A DNA stretch of 64,000 bases from Malacoraja senta. Its lineage: Eukaryota. The notes under the pieces were generated by a model, which did not search any database, was not told the origin of the DNA, and was given only the letters and a program-made list of their open reading frames with translations. Shown piece by piece: positions 61,801 to 64,000 of the stretch. The position numbers and the translations under genes are program-made. Position 1 is the stretch's first letter, and each line of letters starts with the position of its first letter. The stretch lies in assembly GCA_038087875.1 (NCBI GenBank), contig CM075988.1:25978001-26042000 (forward strand). The letters run 5' to 3'.

Positions 61801-63339
61801 GAAACCTTGTGTTAAAAAATCGTGTTGTAAAGACAATTTTGACAATGGGGAAAAGGTGTTAAGAATTTCAAACTTGCAGTAGCAAATGTATTTTCCTGCA
61901 GGATTTTCAAAAATAAGTTTTTTTTCCAATGGCAATAAGTTTATTTTTGTTACAGCAAACTAAAAGTTCTAAAGGTTGTATGTTACATTGTTTAATAGCA
62001 TATTGTTGCACACATGCAAATAAATGGGATTGCAATGGTCTCTGGTGGTGGAAGTCCTAGATGTTCTTAAGAGGCAAAGGTGTCTGATTACTTTGGGGAG
62101 GTTACATATTTCTTAGTCCCTTATACTTTTTAAATCCAAGGCAACATTATTCTGCTTGTCAATTTATGTAGCTTTTTAGTGGATCTCCAGTTGCTAGTAG
62201 AAAGTGTGTTATAATCAGTTTGACCCACGTAATACAAATAAGGTACAGGGTCTCGACCCGAATCATCACCCCTTCTCTCCAGAGATCTGGCATGTCCCGC
62301 TGAGTTAGTCCAGCATTTTGTGTCTACCCGTGTTATTGCTAATTCATGATATGGAAACATGGTTTTTAGCAATATCACCTGTATATCTTTGATATTACCT
62401 ATAACCTGTAATGAAAATGCATCCTTTGTGAAATTACTCATTGTTATTTCACCTATGGAGTCCAAACATAATTTTGGTAAATTTTCATTGTACTTTCAAG
62501 ATTTGATTCACAAAACTACTCTGTGGTCTAACCAGCACCTTGTTTATCTGCAGCATTATTTCAACGAATGTTAATTCTTCTCCAGAGGTATGCTCTTTTC
62601 AACAGCCAGTTTTTGAAAACATTTTAAAATTAATGGACTTTCACACAGAATTGCATCGGAAATTTAACATTTGTGGTGAATTGCATAAGGCAATGGTGAA
62701 TCTACAAACTTTCTGAGATGAACTGTGTGGATTTGTTGGGGGTGAAGCCTAAAGTATGGCAGTCAGTCAGAATAATGGCGCATTTCTGTGAGCATGAGAG
62801 TCAGGTTTAGTTTAGTTTATTGTAGTTATTGCTACACCTGTTTCGACCAAACTATTGGTATTATAAATCATGCTTCTGGTGAACTAAACCTTATTTAGAT
62901 TTGCTTACCTGAAGTAATGCCATATACATGTATTATCTGAATCCAGATCAACTTTTTTTTTAAACTCATGAGTAGGAAGTATGAACTTGACTTCAGAAGT
63001 TTGTATATTGTGGGCGGTTAGAGGTGATTCATGAAGAGTGTGGACCACGGGCAGAATGGCCACGGTGTATTCTATGTAGGTCCTCGCTGCAATTCCCAGA
63101 TGTCCGATATGTACCATCTGGAACTTACATAATTTTACGATGAATCAGTGAATGCTAAGGGGAAAAAGGCATCTGCAGTAGAATAACAACTGTTTTAACT
63201 ATTTACTGATGAACTAAGATGTTTCCCATAATATTAATTTTGTTCCATCCTTTAATCTAGGTTCCATGACAATAGATTCTTTGGGGATACTCAATGATCT
63301 TTCTGATTGTGAAGCAAAGCTTTTTCCCATTGGCTATCA
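7804..63339 (+). CDS. KMT2A: KMT2A/MLL1 histone H3K4 methyltransferase, partial multi-exon CDS (exons 2-24; exon 1 and 3' exons outside window)
   Basis: 23 GT-AG exons join in frame (5,699 nt, phase 0 start, phase 2 end). Translation matches vertebrate MLL1 motifs in order: FLGF, AT-hooks, SNL1/2, CXXC, PHD1-3, bromo, ePHD4, FYRN start. Confidence 0.98.
8735..9750 (-). mobile_element. Rex1/Babar-like remnant containing a + strand CR1 3' end (about 9300-9471)
   Basis: Degenerate similarity to 1055-1990; inserted GGCTCGAAGGGCCAAATGGCCTACTCCTGC with (TCTATTG)n tail. Confidence 0.6.
10300..11215 (-). mobile_element. CR1 3' portion, degenerate
   Basis: ORF 10932..11168 WAEKCQMEFNPSKCEVLHFGR; CR1 3' UTR. 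Confidence 0.75.
11853..12128 (+). mobile_element. Rex1/Babar 3' end with (TTGAC)n tail
   Basis: RSLKTATTRFRNSYFPTAIRLLN; AATAAA followed by CTTGA repeats. Confidence 0.8.
13832..16482 (+). CDS. KMT2A: KMT2A exon 3 (2,651 nt): AT-hooks, SNL1 (IRQFIMPVISAISSRIIKTPKRFIED), SNL2-region (DKRVANLLRKAKAQL)
   Basis: ttatag|TTGAATCT...TCTCAG|gtatgt; same frame as ORF 14011..16542; RKRGRPP motifs. Confidence 0.96.
16492..16808. mobile_element. Head-to-head PLE pLTR fold-back just downstream of exon 3 donor
   Basis: Left arm AAGGAACTGCAGTTGCTGG.., right arm CTGATGA..CCAGCATCTGCAGGTCC. Confidence 0.8.
17570..18400 (-). mobile_element. CR1 remnants, degenerate
   Basis: CR1 3' UTR and VLEILKNNKVNKSPGQD-type ORF2 remnant. 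Confidence 0.55.
18846..19023 (+). CDS. KMT2A: KMT2A exon 4 (GQESDSSETSIPGPRIKHVCRRAAVALGRKRAVFPDDMPTLSALPWEEREKILSSMGND)
   Basis: tttag|GGTCAA...GATG|gtaagc; 178 nt; near-identical to MLL1. Confidence 0.97.
19545..19850 (-). mobile_element. CR1 3' fragment
   Basis: Same 3' UTR motifs as 10300-10620 and 32950-33280. Confidence 0.6.
20540..21482 (+). mobile_element. Tc1/mariner IR/DR-type DNA transposon, internally deleted, right TIR incomplete
   Basis: TA|CAGTGCCCTCCATAATGTTTGGGACA; inner DR CCATAATATTTGGGACA; transposase remnants (GRPMKTS, TTVCRRLREQKYRGYTARCKPLVS, RLQAVIASKGYATKY) with stops and no DDE core. Confidence 0.88.
21640..21865 (+). CDS. KMT2A: KMT2A exon 5, CXXC zinc finger (RRCGQCPGCQVPDDCGQCTNCLDKPKFGGRNVKKQCC)
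   Basis: ttgcag|ATAAA...TGCAA|gtgagt; KFGG motif. Confidence 0.97.
21933..22395 (-). mobile_element. CR1 3' fragment (relatively young)
   Basis: ORF 22095..22412 LGLYSLEFGRMRGDLIKTY..RNFFSQRVVNLWNSLP; homologous to 59505-59936. Confidence 0.88.
23590..25045 (+). mobile_element. Degenerate CR1 fragments, interrupted by a PLE pLTR at about 24055-24156
   Basis: RPHLEFSVQF-like and LDF..AFDKV-like remnants. Confidence 0.6.
24058..24091 (+). ncRNA. Minimal type I hammerhead ribozyme motif in PLE pLTR (sense to KMT2A pre-mRNA)
   Basis: GGT-CTGAAGA-A-GGGTCTCGACAC-GAAA-CGTC-ACT; one stem II mismatch; GUC site. Confidence 0.65.
25433..25497 (+). CDS. KMT2A: KMT2A exon 6 (MRKCQNLQWMPSKVPPPKSVK), end of CXXC
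   Basis: atgcag|AATGCGG...AAAG|gtgagt; 65 nt. Confidence 0.95.
25755..26117 (+). CDS. KMT2A: KMT2A exon 7 (VKKKEKK...KKKQPPQTES)
   Basis: cttag|TGAAG...TCAG|gtaatc; 363 nt; phase 1-1. Confidence 0.92.
26486..28100 (-). mobile_element. Penelope-like element (Neptune-type), 5'-truncated; open 452 aa RT + GIY-YIG ORF (26695..28053) and 3' pLTR
   Basis: MDVQSLYTSIP, QGVAMGTRMGP, RYIDD, LPFLD; Cys-rich linker CNRKRCNTC; NLIYCIRC..YIGET..RFAEH. Confidence 0.93.
26548..26581 (-). ncRNA. Minimal hammerhead ribozyme motif in the 3' pLTR of the PLE
   Basis: Reverse complement AGT-CTGAAGA-A-GGGTTTCGGCCC-GAAA-CGTT-ACC; intact core, palindromic AACGTT stem III. Confidence 0.75.
29285..29361 (+). CDS. 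KMT2A: KMT2A exon 8 (ALELNKQKKPPARFNIQLKTKKPKEK)
   Basis: ccccag|CACTAG...GAAAAG|gtgaga; 77 nt; resembles human QSKQKKVAPRPSIPVKQKPKEK. Confidence 0.9.
30950..31760 (-). mobile_element. Degenerate CR1 remnants with an inserted segment (about 31097-31209) containing a PLE pLTR piece
   Basis: GGGCCCAGCACCGATCCC..AGCCAATTCTGTATCC; AGATGCTGCCTGACATGTTGAG. Confidence 0.6.
32950..33280 (-). mobile_element. CR1 3' fragment
   Basis: GGCCCACAATGTCTGTCCCCAACATGATGCCAAG 3' UTR motif. Confidence 0.65.
34365..34550. mobile_element. Old PLE pLTR fold-back, degenerate
   Basis: GAGACTGCAGTTGCTG..GATGTTTCGGG..AGATGCTGC..CTGAGTTTCTC. Confidence 0.5.
35207..35428. mobile_element. Young head-to-head PLE pLTR palindrome (97 bp arms, 3 mismatches) with 18 bp TSD
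   Basis: Arms 35237-35333 and 35334-35430; TSD TTTGCATAGAGATCTGTT at 35189-35206 and 35429-35446. Confidence 0.92.
35636..35764 (+). CDS. KMT2A: KMT2A exon 9 (DKVIPPSK...DGVHRIRVDFK)
   Basis: ttttag|GACAAA...TTCAAG|gtagaa; 129 nt. Confidence 0.95.
36483..37122 (+). mobile_element. Young CR1 3' end
   Basis: ORF 36392..37024 RPHLEYCVQFWSP..LEFRRLRGDLIETYK; stem-loop and (TTCTATGT)n tail. Confidence 0.92.
37380..37493 (+). CDS. KMT2A: KMT2A exon 10 (EDCDVENVWELGGLSILTSVPITPRVVCFLCASSGHVE), start of PHD1
   Basis: ttttag|GAGGAC...GTGGAG|gtatgg; 114 nt. Confidence 0.97.
37783..38482 (+). mobile_element. PLE 3' fragment (GIY-YIG region with stop + pLTR), near-identical inverted copy of 26486-27186, 14 bp TSD
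   Basis: Direct sequence match; TSD TATTCTCTGATCCT at 37772-37785 and 38483-38496. Confidence 0.92.
38387..38420 (+). ncRNA. Minimal hammerhead ribozyme motif (sense to KMT2A pre-mRNA)
   Basis: AGT-CTGAGGA-A-GGGTTTCGGCCC-GAAA-CGTT-ACC; fits CUGANGA/GAAA. Confidence 0.72.
39174..39320 (+). CDS. KMT2A: KMT2A exon 11 (FIYCQVCCEPFHLFCL...WCCRRCKFCHVCCRQNKSSK), PHD1/PHD2
   Basis: ttgcag|TTTATT...TCAAAG|gtaacg; 147 nt. Confidence 0.97.
39538..39811. mobile_element. Head-to-head PLE pLTR fold-back (arms about 39572-39688 and 39696-39811)
   Basis: AGATAGACATAAAAT..CTTCAGACTGAAAGTCAC / GTGACTTTCGGTCTGAAGG..GTGTCTATCT. Confidence 0.88.
40641..40736 (+). CDS. KMT2A: KMT2A exon 12 (QLLECGKCRNSYHPECLGPNYPTKPTKKKKVW), PHD2
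   Basis: acacag|CAGCTT...GTCTGG|gtaaat; 96 nt. Confidence 0.97.
41453..41573 (+). CDS. KMT2A: KMT2A exon 13 (ICTKCVRCKSCGATTPGKGWEAQWSHDFSLCHECAKLFDK)
   Basis: ctgtag|ATATGC...AAAG|gtaagt; 121 nt. Confidence 0.97.
41818..42006. mobile_element. PLE pLTR fold-back, partly collapsed
   Basis: GACACAAAGTGCTGGAGTAAC..TTTCAGGTCGGGA-CAT-TCCCAACCTGAAA..GTTACTCCAGCATTTTGTGTC. Confidence 0.75.
43162..43275 (+). CDS. KMT2A: KMT2A exon 14 (GNFCPLCDKCYDDDDYESKMMQCGKCDRWVHAKCESLS), PHD3
   Basis: ttttag|GAAAC...TCAG|gtattt; 114 nt. Confidence 0.97.
43511..43718. mobile_element. PLE pLTR fold-back, degenerate
   Basis: CAGCATCTCTGGAGAG..GGTGACATTTTGGG / GGTCACCTATT..CTCCAGAAATGCTG. Confidence 0.75.
43881..44990 (-). 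mobile_element. Young CR1 3' 1.1 kb, inverted near-identical partner of 36483-37122
   Basis: ORFs 44323..44982 (SGVPQGSVLGP, RPHLEYCVQFWSP) and 43971..44354. Confidence 0.92.
45422..45606 (+). CDS. KMT2A: KMT2A exon 15 (DEMYEILSNLPESVAYTCINCTEQHPAEW...HLLRYRQ), PHD3 end and bromo linker with conserved His-Pro
   Basis: atccag|ATGAG...AGGCAG|gtaagt; 185 nt. Confidence 0.97.
47330..47548 (+). mobile_element. PLE pLTR with mutated hammerhead (GAAA to AAAA)
   Basis: CTCAGTCTGAAGAAGGGTCTCGACCCAAAATGTCACC..CCAGCATTTGCAG. Confidence 0.8.
47658..47828 (+). CDS. KMT2A: KMT2A exon 16 (AAKPPDLNPETEE...PLDLEGVKRKMEQERYNSV), bromodomain
   Basis: aaccag|GCTGCT...TCGGTG|gtaagg; 171 nt. Confidence 0.96.
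48091..48201 (+). CDS. KMT2A: KMT2A exon 17 (LEFSDDIVKIIQTAMNCDGGQPENKKANSMVKAFFIR)
   Basis: gttcag|CTCGAG...ATACGG|gtaaga; 111 nt. Confidence 0.96.
49424..49550. mobile_element. Collapsed PLE pLTR fold-back
   Basis: AAGACATAGAGTAACTCAATGG / CCTGCTGAGTTACTCCAAC..CAGCATCTGTAGTTCC. Confidence 0.6.
49826..49910 (-). mobile_element. CR1 3' terminal fragment
   Basis: ATAGGTGCGGGAGTAGGCCACTCGGCCCTTCGAGCC. Confidence 0.75.
50318..50683 (+). mobile_element. GC-rich non-autonomous element, probably RTE-derived
   Basis: Sharp GC/CpG contrast with flanks; TTTGGCACCAGCGCCGTCGCAGGAG and CTCCTAGATGGACTGCCTTCCCAGGCTGACGAGC motifs recalled from RTE-clade elements, not verified. Confidence 0.4.
51389..51586 (+). 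mobile_element. hAT-like DNA transposon end fragment
   Basis: CAGGGATCCCCAACCTTTTT terminal motif; subterminal TTTACCCC repeats. Confidence 0.5.
51587..51735 (+). mobile_element. Outer part of a Tc1 right TIR (reverse complement of about 20540-20710)
   Basis: ..GATGGGTCTTTGTCCCAAACATTATGGAGGGCACTG|TA. Confidence 0.88.
51994..52067 (+). CDS. KMT2A: KMT2A exon 18 (QMERFFPWFSVKESKFWEPNKVTP)
   Basis: acatag|CAAATG...CCAAA|gtgagt; 74 nt. Confidence 0.96.
52790..52990 (+). mobile_element. CR1 3' fragment
   Basis: ORF 52791..53039 VVEVHMIAAFKRHLDRCM; GGGCCAAAGGGTC tail. Confidence 0.65.
54345..54541 (+). CDS. KMT2A: KMT2A exon 19 (SGMLPNAVLPPSSDHNYAQWQER...PLAITA)
   Basis: tttcag|TAGCGGA...GCAG|gtataa; 197 nt; DHNY motif. 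Confidence 0.93.
55975..56490 (+). mobile_element. L2/CR1-group LINE 3' fragment
   Basis: YKAQVRSVMEYSPLAW-type remnant; TAGGGATGGTCAATAAAATGCTGGC 3' end. Confidence 0.6.
57362..57468 (+). CDS. KMT2A: KMT2A exon 20 (GSDRSREESPDIDPPPDVEDNRQCVLCLKYGDDNKN), ePHD4 start
   Basis: ggtaag|GCTCGG...AAAAAT|gtgagt; 107 nt; weaker AAG acceptor, chosen by frame and homology. Confidence 0.9.
57622..57759 (+). CDS. KMT2A: KMT2A exon 21 (DSGRLLYIGQNEWTHINCALWSAEVFEDDDGSLKNVHMAVIRGKQL)
   Basis: ttccag|GATTCT...CAACTG|gtgagc; 138 nt. Confidence 0.97.
58011..58110 (-). mobile_element. PLE pLTR with G12-mutated hammerhead
   Basis: Reverse complement AGTCTGAAGAAGGGTCCCGACCCAAAACGTCACC. Confidence 0.8.
58649..58807 (+). 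CDS. KMT2A: KMT2A exon 22 (RCERCQKSGATVGCCLTSCQSNYHFMCARAKNCVFLDDKKVYCQRHKDLVKGE), PHD4
   Basis: tttcag|CGTTGT...GGAGAG|gtaggt; 159 nt. Confidence 0.97.
59505..59936 (+). mobile_element. CR1 3' fragment
   Basis: ORF 59368..59802 LTYDERLTALGLYLLEFRRMRGGLIETY. Confidence 0.88.
60368..60462. mobile_element. Collapsed PLE pLTR fold-back
   Basis: CGGGTCAGGCAGCATATCTGGAG / ACCCGCTGAGTTACTCCAGC..TCTGCAGTTCCTTCC. Confidence 0.65.
61439..61556 (+). CDS. KMT2A: KMT2A exon 23 (TVAEDGFEVLRRIFVDFEDITLRRKFLTGLEPESIHMMI)
   Basis: ttgcag|ACTGTC...ATTG|gttagt; 118 nt. Confidence 0.96.
62247..62328 (+). mobile_element. PLE pLTR fragment
   Basis: AGGGTCTCGACCCGAATCATCACC..CCAGCATTTTGTGTCTACC. Confidence 0.75.
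63261..63339 (+). CDS. KMT2A: KMT2A exon 24 (GSMTIDSLGILNDLSDCEAKLFPIGY), FYRN
   Basis: atctag|GTTCC...TATCA|gtaagt; 79 nt. Confidence 0.96.
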
Positions 63340-63831
63340 GTAAGTTTTCTTTATGTTCTTAAGGCATGAAGTGCCACAGGATGTTTTCTGTGCACAATTT
63401 CTCAATGTGGTTTACAACCCTGTTCCTAAGTTGAGCAGCATTTGTTACTGCATGATACACCGGATGTCCATAGCTGCTCTGGCATTTGTCAATGAAGATG
63501 TAAATAATTAATGTAGAAATTTCATTTTATTTTTGGTTTCTTTGGATTGTTCTTATCTACACAAGCAGATTTGATTTGGATTGCTATTGTGATAGGAAAT
63601 ACTGTAAAATGCAAACATTTAAATTGAGATTTATTGTTCTAAATTTGATATGTTGTAAATATTTTTTTGTGTTGCCGATTTATCCATGAAATTATGAATT
63701 TAAATTTGTAAATGAGTTATGATATATGGACATTAGTTCACGTTAAGTGCAGAGGCCCCATTTGAAAGAAATGGGCTGAATTTGGAGATGTAACACCGTA
63801 TACCTGATTCCCAGTCCTGTGATCTCTATCA

Positions 63832-63909
63832 GACATAGAAACATAGAAATTAGGTGCAGGAGTAGGCCATTCGGCCCTTCGAGCCTGCACCGCCATGGCT
63901 GATCATATT
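63832..63909 (-). mobile_element. CR1 3' terminal fragment
   Basis: ACATAGAAACATAGAAATTAGGTGCAGGAGTAGGCCATTCGGCCCTTCGAGCC. Confidence 0.8.
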
Positions 63910-64000
63910 TGGGAGTAGTACGTGGTTGCAAAATTGTCCTCAATTGCTGTCTGTATTCACTTCTGTCAATTATTTTTAAGATTTTAGTCATCATGGAAAA

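Noticed and set aside
546-62328. Recurrent palindromic 30-35 nt motif as CRISPR-like repeats or terminators
   Set aside because: Dispersed, no regular spacers, eukaryotic intron context; explained as the PLE hammerhead motif.

Overview
Eukaryotic genomic DNA, most likely from a cartilaginous fish (skate/ray inferred from the SINE, CR1, Rex1 and Penelope repeat complement). The whole window lies inside one + strand gene, KMT2A (MLL1). It runs from intron 1 through coding exons 2-24 (human-style numbering): 23 GT-AG exons totalling 5,699 nt that splice in frame. These encode the LEDGF-binding FxGF motif, AT-hooks, SNL1/2, CXXC, PHD1-3, the atypical bromodomain, ePHD4 and the start of FYRN. Exon 1 and the SET-domain exons are outside the window. 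The introns are dense with CR1, Rex1/Babar, L2-like, Tc1 and hAT remnants and SINEs. The most unusual content is a Penelope-like element (PLE) family. It includes one young 5'-truncated RT+GIY-YIG copy and about 18 short pLTR derivatives, many carrying a minimal hammerhead-ribozyme motif (CUGANGA-A-stem II-GAAACGUH). Many of these occur as head-to-head fold-backs, and several have 14-18 bp target-site duplications. Young inverted PLE and CR1 pairs, plus two same-sense hammerhead copies, bracket exons 8-14, the region orthologous to the human MLL breakpoint cluster. Exon coordinates were read from splice sites; repeat boundaries are approximate; human comparisons are from memory, not a database search.
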